A stretch of DNA of 64,000 nucleotides from Armatimonadota bacterium (GCA_037445735.1 JBBIJY010000015.1:19862-83861), one strand, 5' to 3'. Shown: positions 44,910-55,761, counted from the stretch's first letter. Numbers and translations are program-made. Notes: a model not told the origin generated them from the sequence alone.

Positions 44910-45614
44910 ATGCAATGGCTCAAACAAGTGGTTCTGCGTCAGTCGCAAAAGGCGCGGGCGCGCCGCGGCGAGCTGTTCCGTAAGCTGCTGCAGCCGACCG
45001 AGAACGATACGATTCTGGACCTGGGCGGTGGCGATGGTTCCCATATCGCCTCCATTCTCCCCTTTCGCAAAAATGTGACCATTGCTGACATCGATACGAA
45101 AGCCCTGAAGCAAGCCGAGGAGCGGTTCGGCTTCCAGACCGTGCTGATCCCGGAAAGCGGTCAGCTCCCGTTCCCTGACCAGTACTTCGACATCGTTTTC
45201 TGTTCCTCTGTGATTGAGCATGTAACCATTCCAAAGGCAGAGATTTATCGCTGTCGCAGCGGGCGCGAGTTTGCCCGACGCGCTTTTGCAAGTCAGCAGC
45301 GATTTGCCCAGGAAATTCGGCGACTGGCGAAACACTATTTTGTTCAGACGCCTCACAAGTATTTTTTGCTGGAGTCACACACCTGGCTTCCGATGCCTGT
45401 CATCTTTCTGCCACGCCCCCTGCAAATTCGACTCATTCAGTTTTTCAATCGGTTCTGGATCAAGCATACGGACCCCGACTGGCATCTGCTAACGCCGCGC
45501 CAGATGTGTTCGCTTTTCCCGGATGCCCAAATTTTGATTGAACGCTGGTATGGGTTGCCGAAATCGATCATTGCATGCAAGCCCCGCACCGCTGTGCAGC
45601 ACCCTACAAGTTAG
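44910..45614 (+). CDS. Class I SAM-dependent methyltransferase
   Basis: ILDLGGG, FDIVFCSSVIEHV and FVQTP motifs. Confidence 0.88.
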   Translation: MQWLKQVVLRQSQKARARRGELFRKLLQPTENDTILDLGGGDGSHIASILPFRKNVTIADIDTKALKQAEERFGFQTVLIPESGQLPFPDQYFDIVFCSSVIEHVTIPKAEIYRCRSGREFARRAFASQQRFAQEIRRLAKHYFVQTPHKYFLLESHTWLPMPVIFLPRPLQIRLIQFFNRFWIKHTDPDWHLLTPRQMCSLFPDAQILIERWYGLPKSIIACKPRTAVQHPTS

Positions 45615-45840
45615 CGCGCTATGGCTGGGTATGGGGGCGTCGGGGAGGAGCTTCTAAATAGCCTACCCAGCCGAAGTGCGGCTCAAAGTCCAGCGTGTCG
45701 GTTAGGGTTTCAGGGCTACCATTCCATGCAGGATAGTTCGAGATAGCATGGTTCTGATTTCCGCTCAAAGCGGTGCCTGTCTGTTCTGCGGGTATACTTT
45801 TTGGCAGGGTGTGGAATGGAGAGAGCGGAGGATATCTACC

Positions 45841-47874
45841 ATGAGAAAAGCAGGCACGGTTTGGGGCATAGGGTTGTCGCTGATCATCAGCTGGAGTCAG
45901 CCCTACATTGCGCTCAACTACGGGGCTGGAGCAGGCGACTGTGAGATTGATTTTGACCTTAACGGGTTGGCTGATGGTTGGGATGTTTACCACTCGTGGG
46001 GCACCAACCCGCTCAGCGCGGTGGGTGTTTCGACAGCGCTCGTCCGTGATCGCTTCTTCAACGGCCAGCGCGCCCAGTATGTGGAAGTTAACCGCGCAAG
46101 CGGCACAGCCGGGACAATTAATTTCCAGCTGTTGCTTATTAACTCAAGTTCACTACCTGCCGTCTTACCTCCCGATGGCACGCCCCTGCGGATAGGTATC
46201 AGCTTGCAAACCGAGAATCTGCGCGGTATTAACGTTCGGATAGAAATCCATAGTGGTGATCAGGTTTTCTTGCTGGCATCTTCAGTACCTGCAAACACTC
46301 AAGGCTGGCAGCGCTTCAGCCAGATTGTGCCGCTGGCACGAAACGCCTCGGGCGAGCCGCTGATGCGTATAGTCGTGCGCTTGCAAATTCGGGAGGGAAG
46401 TGCCTCCGGGCGTCTCTGGATCGATGCTGTCGAATGCTCCTGGCTTCAGTTTCCTCAACCCAACCGCCCGCGCCCCAACCCATTAAAAATCGCCCACATT
46501 AATGTGCCTCCTGAGCACTGGAGCAACTTGATCGCAGTACCGTCCGATCTGGTAGTGCAACCCATTCAAACAGTATATGCATTGAAAACATTCTTACCCG
46601 ACCGAATATTTGCCATCTATCTTAACGCCGCCCATACAACCACTCGGCTTCCTACTCCCATTACAGACCTCTATGGGGGCTATGATTTTGTGTTTAATAA
46701 CCATCCGAACTGGCTGCAGCGCGACAGCAACGGTAATCCCCTTTTCAATCCGGGCTATCCCGATCATGCCATCATCGATTGGGGCTTGTCAGAGGTTCAA
46801 CAGTTTGCCATTAGTCGCCTTCAGAATTTATACCAGATAATACCCCTGCCCGAATGGCTCTTCTTTGATAACGCTGGTTCGTACTGGCAAAGTCAGCAAT
46901 ATCCTACCCGGTCTCAGGCATATGAGGCATGGTCGGACTACTTTCAAACGGTGTTCTCGTTCGTGCGCAATAGCCTGCGTAAGAAAATCATCATTAACGC
47001 GGGTGCCGGTGCTGGTAATTATGTGGACAGCAATCCAGGGACCCAGTGGCTCAATTACATCGACGCTGTCAACTTGGAGCATGTAATAACTTATTACTCC
47101 TCTTCCAGCGGGTATGCTTATCGCCCATACCGATTCAACCGTTCAACGCTTCCTCCAACCGATCCTTCCTGGTGGGCGACCTTGCGCGCTCTTCAGGAGA
47201 ATCCGAACAAGGTCTGGAGCCTCATGGCAATGAGTGACCTGAGCGACACAGCGATGATCCGCTACATCGTTGCCAGCTACTTCATCATGCAGAATGGGCG
47301 CACTTATCTCATGATTGAGGATCGTCGGACTGCTGGTCCGCACACCTATCCAGGTTTTGTGAGCCGACCCGAATTGTGGATCCCGCTGGGTGAAGCGCAG
47401 GGGAACTGGCGAGTCGTAGCAGGAACCGCTACAGACGCCAGCGGAGCTCTATTTGCCCGCGACTACCAGTATGGGATTGTGCTGGTCAATCCCACTGAGA
47501 ATCAGACCTATACCTACACACTGCTCCGCAGCTACAAAAACTGGGACGGACAGGTTCTGCCCGCTGGCACTGTGCTGACAATAGGTCCTAAAAAGGGGGA
47601 AGTGTTGTATGCTGCTCCCGAAATTGTCGTTTCTCTGTTGCCGGCGCAGACAACCGTGATGCCAGGTGAAGCAATAACTCTAACTGTTCGGTACGAGAAT
47701 CGTGGACTTGCGGATGCAACCAATGTGAAAATCAGTGTCCCACTCCCTGAGGGGATGACCTTCGTGTCAGGCAGTGCCGGTGCAGTCGTTGAAGGGAACA
47801 CAGTGAGCTGGGTTATCAGCCGGATTCGGGCAGGTGAATCGGGAACAAAAACCTTACAGGTGCGAGTGCAATGA
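45841..47874 (+). CDS. Secreted putative glycoside hydrolase-like protein (CBM-like + TIM-barrel + DUF11-like)
   Basis: Signal peptide; HPNWLQRD..G..L, FFDNA, LGEAQG..FARDY..GIVLVNPT; C-terminal PGEAITLTV.YEN.G...ATNV....PLPEG. Lower GC. Confidence 0.6.
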   Translation: MRKAGTVWGIGLSLIISWSQPYIALNYGAGAGDCEIDFDLNGLADGWDVYHSWGTNPLSAVGVSTALVRDRFFNGQRAQYVEVNRASGTAGTINFQLLLINSSSLPAVLPPDGTPLRIGISLQTENLRGINVRIEIHSGDQVFLLASSVPANTQGWQRFSQIVPLARNASGEPLMRIVVRLQIREGSASGRLWIDAVECSWLQFPQPNRPRPNPLKIAHINVPPEHWSNLIAVPSDLVVQPIQTVYALKTFLPDRIFAIYLNAAHTTTRLPTPITDLYGGYDFVFNNHPNWLQRDSNGNPLFNPGYPDHAIIDWGLSEVQQFAISRLQNLYQIIPLPEWLFFDNAGSYWQSQQYPTRSQAYEAWSDYFQTVFSFVRNSLRKKIIINAGAGAGNYVDSNPGTQWLNYIDAVNLEHVITYYSSSSGYAYRPYRFNRSTLPPTDPSWWATLRALQENPNKVWSLMAMSDLSDTAMIRYIVASYFIMQNGRTYLMIEDRRTAGPHTYPGFVSRPELWIPLGEAQGNWRVVAGTATDASGALFARDYQYGIVLVNPTENQTYTYTLLRSYKNWDGQVLPAGTVLTIGPKKGEVLYAAPEIVVSLLPAQTTVMPGEAITLTVRYENRGLADATNVKISVPLPEGMTFVSGSAGAVVEGNTVSWVISRIRAGESGTKTLQVRVQ

Positions 47875-49010
47875 CGCAGCCGATTCGATTATGGATTATT
47901 GATACGGAGCTGGATTTGATAGGTGGTGCTGAGCGTGTCCTGTACCAGATAGTTATGGGGCTTGATCTGTCGCGCTTTGCCGTGACGCTTGTTATGCTGT
48001 ATGGAGAGGGTGAGATTGTTCGGTTGGCACGCCAGCGCGGAATACACACCGTATGCCATCTGGGAAAGAATCGGTTCGACCCGCGCATTCCGTTGCGCTT
48101 GTTTCGTCTGGCACGGCAGGAGCGCCCTGACCTCGTGTTCACAACAGGTAACCTGATAGCCACCTTTTGGGGGACGGTGCTCCGTCAATTTGGCTATGCA
48201 CAGCGTCAGATAGTGGCATTTCATACAGCGCGTCTGCTCAGCTGGCGTGTTCGCCCCATTCTGCGATGGCGCAAGCAGTGGGTCGATCGGTTCGTGGCGC
48301 TGGCTCCGGCGCAAATGCACTTCTGGCAACAGCAGCTGGGGCTTCACGCGCAGCACTTCACGATCATTCCCAACGGCATCGACACCACCCACTTTACCCC
48401 GCCTGCCGATAAACGCGCTGTTCGTCGGCAACTGGGACTGCCAGAGGATGCCCTCATTATTGGTAATATCGCTTTTTTTAAGCCGGTCAAAAACTTGTCG
48501 CTTTTTGTTGAGATTGCAGCGGAGGTTAAGCAGCAGTTTGCCGAAAGCCACTTTGTGCTGGTTGGGGATGGAGTGGAGCGCCCTCATATTGAAGAGCAGA
48601 TTCGTCAGCGCGGATTAACGGCAGCGTTCACCCTGCCGGGGCTTCAACGCGATACGGCTGTATGGCACCAAGCGATGGACATTTTGCTGCTGACCTCCCA
48701 CTCCGAAGCGTTTCCGCTGACCCTTGCGGAGGCGGCTGCATGTGGCGTTCCTGTCGTTGCCACGGCTGCAGGGGGTGTGCCCGATGTGGTGCAGGATGGA
48801 AAGACAGGGCTGCTGGCGCCGCCCGGAGATAAATCCCTGCTTGTCACCCACCTTGCGCGCCTGTGCCATGATCCTGCGCTTCGCCAGCAACTGGGTCAAA
48901 ACGCCCGTGAATGGGCTGTAAAAGAGTTTTCCGTCGAGCAGATGGTACAGCGCTATTCGCGCCTCTTTCTGGAGCTGCTGGAACCTGCTGCTAAACCGCT
49001 TGCCCCGTAA
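47871..49010 (+). CDS. GT4-family glycosyltransferase
   Basis: GGAER, IIPNGID and SEAFPLTLAEAAACG motifs. Confidence 0.92.
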   Translation: MTQPIRLWIIDTELDLIGGAERVLYQIVMGLDLSRFAVTLVMLYGEGEIVRLARQRGIHTVCHLGKNRFDPRIPLRLFRLARQERPDLVFTTGNLIATFWGTVLRQFGYAQRQIVAFHTARLLSWRVRPILRWRKQWVDRFVALAPAQMHFWQQQLGLHAQHFTIIPNGIDTTHFTPPADKRAVRRQLGLPEDALIIGNIAFFKPVKNLSLFVEIAAEVKQQFAESHFVLVGDGVERPHIEEQIRQRGLTAAFTLPGLQRDTAVWHQAMDILLLTSHSEAFPLTLAEAAACGVPVVATAAGGVPDVVQDGKTGLLAPPGDKSLLVTHLARLCHDPALRQQLGQNAREWAVKEFSVEQMVQRYSRLFLELLEPAAKPLAP

Positions 49011-49045
49011 CAAACGGCTTCGAGCAACGAGGTACAATACAAGCC

Positions 49046-50221
49046 ATGCGTATCGCCATTTTACATAACTTTTATCATGGGACTGGTGGTGAGGATACTG
49101 TTTTTCACTCAGAAGTCGACCTGTTGCGTAGCCACCATCACGAAGTGCTGACCTATACGGTGTCTAACCCGCCCATTACCCCGTTCTCCGCATGGCAAAC
49201 GCTGCGCAGAGCTATCTGGAACCCTGAAGTCTATCACGCTTTGCGGCAGTGGTTTCAGACCCAGAAACCCGATGTGGCGCATGTCCATAATATCTGGTAT
49301 ATGTTTTCGCCCTCCGTCTATCAGGCTGCCTATGATGCAGGCGTTCCTGTGGTGCAAACCCTGCATAACTATCGCCTGATTTGCCCAGGAGGGCAGCTGC
49401 TACGCAACGGCAAACCCTGCGAGCTGTGTGTGGGCAAACGCTTTCCTATCCACGGAGTTCGCTATGGATGTTATTACAACCCGCTCGCGTCCATGGTAAA
49501 AGCGCTCCATGTCATTTGGCAGCGTCGCGCCGGTCACTGGGAGCGCGCAATTCAGGTCTTCATCGCATTAACTGAGTTTGCGAGGCAGAAGTTCATTCAG
49601 GGCGGCTTGCCGCCCGACAAAATAGTGGTAAAACCTAACTTCGTGGCTCCCGACCCTGGAGAAGGTTCCCATCAGGGCGATTATGCCCTCTTTGCAGGAC
49701 GCCTTTCGGAAGAGAAGGGAGTGCACGTGCTCTTAGAGGCATGGAAGCGTCTGTCGTCTGCGTATCGCCTGATCATTGCAGGCGATGGACCCCTCTCGAA
49801 TCTGGTGCGTGAAGCGGCGGCGCAGCACGCGAACATCACATGGCTGGGACATCAACCCCGTTCAGAAGTGATTCGACTCATGCAGGACGCGCGTGTGCTG
49901 GTGTTTCCCTCCATCTGCTACGAGGGGTTGAGTATGAGCCTCGTTGAAGCGTTTGCGACAGGGTTGCCCGTAATTGCGTCTAACCTCGGTTCGATGAGTA
50001 CAGTGATAGAGCATCAAACGACAGGTTGGCTTTTTACGCCAGGCGATGCCCAAGCACTCAGCGAAGCTGTCAGGGAAGCGTTTAGTGGTGTCCAGCGGCT
50101 GCGGGAAATGAGCGCTAACGCGCGTCAGACTTACCTGCAGCACTACACCGCCGAGCGGAACTACGAAATGCTGATAAACATTTACCAGCAAGCGATTCTA
50201 CGCAAGAGGAGCCAACCGTGA
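49046..50221 (+). CDS. GT4-family glycosyltransferase
   Basis: GGED, TLHNYRLIC, GRLSEEKG and YEGLSMSLVEAFATG motifs. Confidence 0.92.
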   Translation: MRIAILHNFYHGTGGEDTVFHSEVDLLRSHHHEVLTYTVSNPPITPFSAWQTLRRAIWNPEVYHALRQWFQTQKPDVAHVHNIWYMFSPSVYQAAYDAGVPVVQTLHNYRLICPGGQLLRNGKPCELCVGKRFPIHGVRYGCYYNPLASMVKALHVIWQRRAGHWERAIQVFIALTEFARQKFIQGGLPPDKIVVKPNFVAPDPGEGSHQGDYALFAGRLSEEKGVHVLLEAWKRLSSAYRLIIAGDGPLSNLVREAAAQHANITWLGHQPRSEVIRLMQDARVLVFPSICYEGLSMSLVEAFATGLPVIASNLGSMSTVIEHQTTGWLFTPGDAQALSEAVREAFSGVQRLREMSANARQTYLQHYTAERNYEMLINIYQQAILRKRSQP

Positions 50222-51366
50222 AAGTATTGATACAGCAGCCCCGCGTGCCTCATTACCGGGTAGCACTTTTCAAGAAGATTGTGGAAATGCACGGCTGGGA
50301 TGTCACGGTGCTTTACACCCCCTCAGACGCCTCCGGTGAGTCGGGGCTGGAGATTATCCCAGCCCCCGAATCGAAGGGCAAGCTGTGTTTTTATCCTGTC
50401 CCGAGTCAGAGGATCCATGTGGGCGCACTCAGTTTTCGCTATCAGCACGGGTTTCTACAGAAACTGCGTGCTGAGCGCTGGGATGCGGTGTTTATTGAGG
50501 GCGCACAGAGCAATCTTTCAGGCTGGCTTGCGGCGCTCTGGTGTCGCCATCGCCGCATTCCCTGCATTTGCTGGATTAAAGGCTACTTCACGCCTCAAAA
50601 CAGACTGCGTCGCTTCCTCAATCGCCTCCAGTTGCGATTACCGCACAGTTTCCTGCCCTATGGCGACACCACCCATGCCTTTCTCCAGCACTATGGAGTA
50701 AAGCCCTCGCAGATTGTCAGAGCCTATAACACGGTGGATGTGGAGGCGATTGCCCAATCCGCCTCGATGCTGGTGTCGCAGGGGCGCGAATTTCTGGAGC
50801 GAATCGACTGGGGTGAGCGCAGGCCGCTTGTTGTGAGCGTGGGGAGGCTCATTCCCGAGAAGCGGGTAGACGACCTGTGCCGCGCAATTGCGCTCCTGAA
50901 GCAGCAGGGCAAGAGCCTCTTTTTGCTGGTGGTGGGCGAGGGTCCCGAGCGTTCCCAACTGGAAGCGCTGGTCAGGACACTGGGAATTGACGACAGGGTT
51001 CATTTCACAGGGCGTGTGCCTCTGGACATGGACTCGGCTCTGCTGGCAGTGGCTGATGTGGCGGTGTTTTGCGGCGCATTAGGGCTGGCTATCAATCAGG
51101 CGATGACGCTGGGAACTCCCGTTGTCGCCGCCGATTTGCCCGGACCCGATGGAGAGATGGTACGCCACCTTGAGACAGGCTGGCGCTATCGCTACGGCGA
51201 TGTTGCACATTTATGCGAAACCATCTGGGAAGCCCTCTGCTCTGAACAGCGCTCCGTCGTGATTCAAAGCGCTCGCTCTGAGATTCTAACACACCGCTCG
51301 TTGCAGCGATACGCGGAAGCCTTCGCCTCGGCGATTCAAAAGGCAAGCCACATACTCAGTTCGTAG
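50218..51366 (+). CDS. GT4-family glycosyltransferase
   Basis: PHYR, VGRLIPEKR and GLAINQAM..G.PVV motifs. Confidence 0.88.
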   Translation: MKVLIQQPRVPHYRVALFKKIVEMHGWDVTVLYTPSDASGESGLEIIPAPESKGKLCFYPVPSQRIHVGALSFRYQHGFLQKLRAERWDAVFIEGAQSNLSGWLAALWCRHRRIPCICWIKGYFTPQNRLRRFLNRLQLRLPHSFLPYGDTTHAFLQHYGVKPSQIVRAYNTVDVEAIAQSASMLVSQGREFLERIDWGERRPLVVSVGRLIPEKRVDDLCRAIALLKQQGKSLFLLVVGEGPERSQLEALVRTLGIDDRVHFTGRVPLDMDSALLAVADVAVFCGALGLAINQAMTLGTPVVAADLPGPDGEMVRHLETGWRYRYGDVAHLCETIWEALCSEQRSVVIQSARSEILTHRSLQRYAEAFASAIQKASHILSS

Positions 51367-52693
51367 TTCGTTCAAACTCTCGGATGACAAAAGGCGTTTT
51401 GCCGTTGGGTATGCGAATCAGTTCATCCACCACTTCAATCCGAACCTGCATCGTGGAAGGGATTTTACGCCGTGCATTCTGCATAATCTGCTCCAGATTT
51501 GTCTGGCTGAAGCCCTTGTCAGGAATAACCAGTATGCGCACGCGCTCCAGCGTCTCCTGAATCACCTGCATGCGGATAATGTTGTCCACCTCGCGCGCCA
51601 GATGGTCCATTCCCACGATATGCACGCCATCAGGCGAGAGAAGATATTCGTCGTCTGCGCGCCCTAATACGCCTTCAAACGGGCGAATACCCCAGCGAAT
51701 CTCCTCAATTTCTGCTTCGGTCATACTGGCAGGCAGGCGCACAAAGTCGCCCATCCGATAGCGAACCAGAGGCATTGCGAGGTTCCAGAGACCTGTGCCC
51801 ACAATCTCATACAGAATGCTATCGGTTTCCCTCTCTACAGGAACAAACTCCACCCATCCGTACCCTGCAAACATGTAATACTCGTCAGGGCGCTCACTCC
51901 AGGCAAACGCCACGCGCTCGCCGGCGCCGTATGAGTGTAGTACATCCGCTTTCAGTACCTCTGCTGCCAGGCGCCTTGCTTGACTGCTCATGGCTTCTGA
52001 GGTGGCAATCACAAGGGGAATGTGCAAATCGTAGCCCCTCTGGGAAAGGAGCAAGCACAGGGGCTCGAGAGTGGCGGGATAACAAAACAGGCAGTCTGGT
52101 CGGAACTCTTTCAGGATGGCATAGTAATGCGAAACGGTCTTTTCAGCGAGATGAACAGAAGAGAGAATAAGTTTCTGCCCGCCGTTCGTGAATCTCCAGA
52201 AGGGCGGGGTGAAATCGGAAGGGTCTTTCACATTATCGCCTCGCAGAACTGCGATTCGAAGCCGTAGCGGATTCAGTCCGCGTTTTAGCAGGGGATAGTC
52301 GTAGGTTGCCTGCTCGTAGCAGATACTTTGCAGGGAGCGATAGAGCTTGAGAGGAATACCCATCGTGCCACCGGTGCTACCCTGTGAGGTCAGCCATGCG
52401 GGGCGTGTGAGAAATTCGTGCTCATGCCCGCGCACGCGGTCTTTGTCCAGCAGCGGCCATTCCTCAAGCGGGCGATTACGAAACGGACGACCATACGGGG
52501 TGCGCGCCGCCGCACGCAACACCGCCTTCAAACGACGCTCGGTGAAGGCACGACGCTCTTCTAACGACGCCTTCTGCAGGGCAAAGAAGGTACGCACCGC
52601 CGCCGGATAATAGAGCGGGTTCCGTCGCACCAGCCGCTCGCCGAGAAGCTGCGTTTTAAGCCAATCACTCAGTCGCCGGTTCCAGTGCTGCAT
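51356..52693 (-). CDS. CapK / phenylacetate-CoA ligase-family adenylate-forming enzyme
   Basis: PLLDKD, STGGTMG.P, YGAGE, MPLVRYRMGD and NGKT motifs. Confidence 0.85.
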   Translation of the reverse strand: MQHWNRRLSDWLKTQLLGERLVRRNPLYYPAAVRTFFALQKASLEERRAFTERRLKAVLRAAARTPYGRPFRNRPLEEWPLLDKDRVRGHEHEFLTRPAWLTSQGSTGGTMGIPLKLYRSLQSICYEQATYDYPLLKRGLNPLRLRIAVLRGDNVKDPSDFTPPFWRFTNGGQKLILSSVHLAEKTVSHYYAILKEFRPDCLFCYPATLEPLCLLLSQRGYDLHIPLVIATSEAMSSQARRLAAEVLKADVLHSYGAGERVAFAWSERPDEYYMFAGYGWVEFVPVERETDSILYEIVGTGLWNLAMPLVRYRMGDFVRLPASMTEAEIEEIRWGIRPFEGVLGRADDEYLLSPDGVHIVGMDHLAREVDNIIRMQVIQETLERVRILVIPDKGFSQTNLEQIMQNARRKIPSTMQVRIEVVDELIRIPNGKTPFVIREFERTTN

Positions 52694-54797
52694 GCGCCAT
52701 CGCCTCCAGAGTGATGCGTGTGTTGGCAATCGCCCATTCCATCGGGATGGGCATTTCGTTCCCCGATTTGACCGCTTCCACAAACGCCTTCAGTTCGTTG
52801 CGGTGTCCTTTATCTTGCCCGGCGGCTTTGTGGACAGTGTGCTTGCCGCCTGCAATCAGTTCCAGCTCGCGGAAGTCGCGCAGGATGGCGCTGCGCCCGA
52901 TTCCATGCACCTCCAGATATTCTTTGGGCACGCTGGGATCGCCTGTGGTGAGGTAATATAGCACGCCGATGGAGCCGTCTTCGAACTCAATCGCGAGCTG
53001 GGCGGTGTCGGGTTCATGGCTGCGCAGGTGCGCCGCGCACACGCGCTTCGGCAGGCTGCTGGCGAGAAACATCATCACATCGATGAAGTGGCAGCCCTCG
53101 CTGACCACGCGCGAGCCGCCTTCGTGGGTTGCCCGCATCCAGTGCCCTTTCTCCAGTGGTCCCGCGTTCACGCGGTAGAGCATGCTCAGCGGCTCGGAGC
53201 GATGTTGGAAATGCTCGGCAATCTTCTGCACAAAGGGCGAGAAGCGTCGGTTGTAGCCGACCAGCACATGCCCGCCTGTCTCCTGCCACACACGCTCCAC
53301 TTCCAGCAGCTGCTCCATCGTGATGGCGAGAGGCTTCTCCAGAAACGCAGGCTTTCCTGCTTGCATCGCACGGATAGCGTAAGTCGCGTGCGTGTCGTGG
53401 CGCGTGGCAATCAGTACCGCGTTGATGTCAGGGTTCTCGAGGATTTCGGCAGGGTCGCTCGTCGCGAACTGGAAGCCGAACTTATCGGCGACGCCTCTGG
53501 CGGTGTAGCCGCGCGAAGTGCAGACGCCCACCAGCTCCACATCGGCAATCTCCTTGAGAATCGGAAGCAGGGTGCCTGTGGCGAAGTTGCCCGCGCCGAT
53601 CACGCCCAGTTTGACCTTCGCCTGCGGCGAGGTGGAAGCCTGACGCACACGCACGGTGCGCTGTGGGGTGGCTTGCTGGGGATACTCAATCAGCGCACCA
53701 ATCACAGAGCCGCCTTCGGGGCTGGCAAGGAGATTGTAGGCTTCGGCGGCGCGTTCGATGGGGAAGCGATGGGTAATCAGCGGCTCCACCTTGACTGCGC
53801 CACTGGCGATGAGACGCAGAAACTCCCGCATGTTCTCGCGTTCCGTCCAGCGCACATAGCCGATGGGGTAGTCGATGCCCATCTCCTCGTATACGGGGTC
53901 GTAGCGCCCTGGTCCATAGGAGCGCGAGAGCAGCACGGTCAGCTCTTTTTCATAGTAGAGCCTCTGTGGAATGTCCATTTTGAGGAGTCCGACGACCACC
54001 ACACGCCCCCGATCGCGTGCGAGCGTGCCCGCCAGCTCCACAGGGTCGTTTGTGGCGCCACCTGCCGTGAGCATCACCACATCCGCGCCGTAGCCACGCG
54101 TGAAGCTTTCGGTGATGCCTTCCACATCGTCGGAACGCAGAATGGCGAGGTCGGCGCCCAGCTGGCGTGCCAGTTCGCACCGCGTGGGGTTCACATCGAT
54201 GCCCAGCACGCGCGCGCCTGCTGCCTTGAGTAGTTGCACAGTCAGCAGCCCCACCAGCCCCAGTCCGATTACCACCACATTCTCACCCAGCTGCACCTGC
54301 GCCTGACGCACGCCGTGCAGGGCAATCGCCCCCACCGTGGTGAACGCCGCCTGCTCAAAAGAGACTTCTGGGGGGATGGGCACGACGAGATTCTGGGGCA
54401 CGCACACGATTTCGGCATGGTGCGCATGCTCTGCGCCTGCGCATGCTACACGGTCGCCTACCTGAAATCCTTCCACCTCCGCGCCGACGGCAATCACTTC
54501 GCCTGCGCAGCTGTAGCCCAGTGGCGAGGGCGCTTCGAGCCGCGCCATGACCTTGCGATAAGTGGCGCTGAAGCCTTCGGTACGGAGCGTCTGGAGAACC
54601 TTTTTGACGAGATCGGGGCGCGCACGCGCCTTGCCGAGCAGGCTCAGCTTGCCTGTTTCGATCTTCATGCGCTCCGTGCCTGCACTGATAAGTGAACAGC
54701 GGTTGGCGACCAGCACCGCGCCGATTCGCAGCACTGGCGTGGGCACCTCTTCCACTTTCACTTCGCCCGTCCGATAGTTCTGCAGCACCTGTTTCAT
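52665..54797 (-). CDS. Bi-domain oxidoreductase (MDR-like + Gfo/Idh/MocA) of polysaccharide loci
   Basis: SLISAGTE, PLGYSCAG, SRSYGPGRYD, GAGNFA, LEKP and GYNRRFSP motifs. Confidence 0.92.
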   Translation of the reverse strand: MKQVLQNYRTGEVKVEEVPTPVLRIGAVLVANRCSLISAGTERMKIETGKLSLLGKARARPDLVKKVLQTLRTEGFSATYRKVMARLEAPSPLGYSCAGEVIAVGAEVEGFQVGDRVACAGAEHAHHAEIVCVPQNLVVPIPPEVSFEQAAFTTVGAIALHGVRQAQVQLGENVVVIGLGLVGLLTVQLLKAAGARVLGIDVNPTRCELARQLGADLAILRSDDVEGITESFTRGYGADVVMLTAGGATNDPVELAGTLARDRGRVVVVGLLKMDIPQRLYYEKELTVLLSRSYGPGRYDPVYEEMGIDYPIGYVRWTERENMREFLRLIASGAVKVEPLITHRFPIERAAEAYNLLASPEGGSVIGALIEYPQQATPQRTVRVRQASTSPQAKVKLGVIGAGNFATGTLLPILKEIADVELVGVCTSRGYTARGVADKFGFQFATSDPAEILENPDINAVLIATRHDTHATYAIRAMQAGKPAFLEKPLAITMEQLLEVERVWQETGGHVLVGYNRRFSPFVQKIAEHFQHRSEPLSMLYRVNAGPLEKGHWMRATHEGGSRVVSEGCHFIDVMMFLASSLPKRVCAAHLRSHEPDTAQLAIEFEDGSIGVLYYLTTGDPSVPKEYLEVHGIGRSAILRDFRELELIAGGKHTVHKAAGQDKGHRNELKAFVEAVKSGNEMPIPMEWAIANTRITLEAMAHAALEPATE

Positions 54798-54892
54798 CGA
54801 AAGCGACGCTCTCCCATTATTATGGCACATCGCTGTTCCATACTGAGGGATGGTCAGGTAGTTAAAACAAGCTCGCTGGCGGGTATAATCCG

Positions 54893-55696
54893 ATGAGATG
54901 GGCTGAGATGGGCATAAAATCGCGTCTATTTCGCCTTGTCAAGCGGGCTCTGCGCCCCCTGTCCGACCGCTGGGTCTACACGGCTCGGCAGGGTCTGGTA
55001 AAGGGTATGCGCCTGCGTGGAGGGTTCCTGTTTCTTCCCTCACAAACGGTTCCCAAAGAGGAGCACCTCTTGCAACAGATCGCTTCGAGTCTCACAGGCA
55101 AGGTTGTTTACGACATCGGTGCAAATGTTGGTATCATCACGCTCTTTTTTGCACGCTGTGTTGGGGAAAATGGGCTGGTGGTCGCCTGCGAACCCGTACC
55201 TTCCACGGCAGCCCGTTTGAAAGAAAATGTGCGTCTCAACCGGCTGAACAATGTCCGCATATACGAATATGCGATAGGCGATACATGCGGCGAGTTCGAA
55301 ATCGGCTTCACCCAAGAGGCGATTGGCATCGCAACGCTCAACCGAGAAGTCATGAAACGCTATGAAGGCTCTTATCGACTCACTCTGATTCCTGTCAAAA
55401 CAATTACGCTCGATGAGCTAATCCGACAGGAGAACTTACCTTATCCTCACTTTATTAAAATTGATGTGGAGGGCTTCGAATACCAGGTGCTGAAAGGGGC
55501 TTCTACGGTACTGAGTGAGGCACATCCACAGATATTTCTCGAAATTCATGGGGCGAACCGCGAAAACTACCACGCCAATGTCTACCGCCTCTATGATCTG
55601 CTGGAACAATACGGCTATAACATTCAGACTGATGAAGGTGTGCCGATAACACGGGAGCGCCTGCCAGAGGTTCGGGGACTGTGGTACTGTGTATGA
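54893..55696 (+). CDS. FkbM-family methyltransferase
   Basis: YDIGANVG, TLD and IKIDVEGFE motifs. The true start may be 54908. Confidence 0.9.
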   Translation: MRWAEMGIKSRLFRLVKRALRPLSDRWVYTARQGLVKGMRLRGGFLFLPSQTVPKEEHLLQQIASSLTGKVVYDIGANVGIITLFFARCVGENGLVVACEPVPSTAARLKENVRLNRLNNVRIYEYAIGDTCGEFEIGFTQEAIGIATLNREVMKRYEGSYRLTLIPVKTITLDELIRQENLPYPHFIKIDVEGFEYQVLKGASTVLSEAHPQIFLEIHGANRENYHANVYRLYDLLEQYGYNIQTDEGVPITRERLPEVRGLWYCV

Positions 55697-55761
55697 AGGG
55701 GGGCACGAGTACACCAGCACCATCGTAGCCCTTCTTGCCTGAAAGAATTCAGGAATGTCCC

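Noticed and set aside
45619-45720. Structured ncRNA in the intergenic region (ggctgggta...tacccagcc stem) or the 124-aa minus ORF
   Set aside because: A single stem compatible with a terminator, no recognisable family motif, and the ORF overlaps the next gene.
45728-45755. GCAGGA upstream of the GH-like gene as a seventh SigH-like promoter
   Set aside because: No G(A/T)AT at 17-18 nt. A GGTATACT -10 at 45791-45798 explains the gene better.
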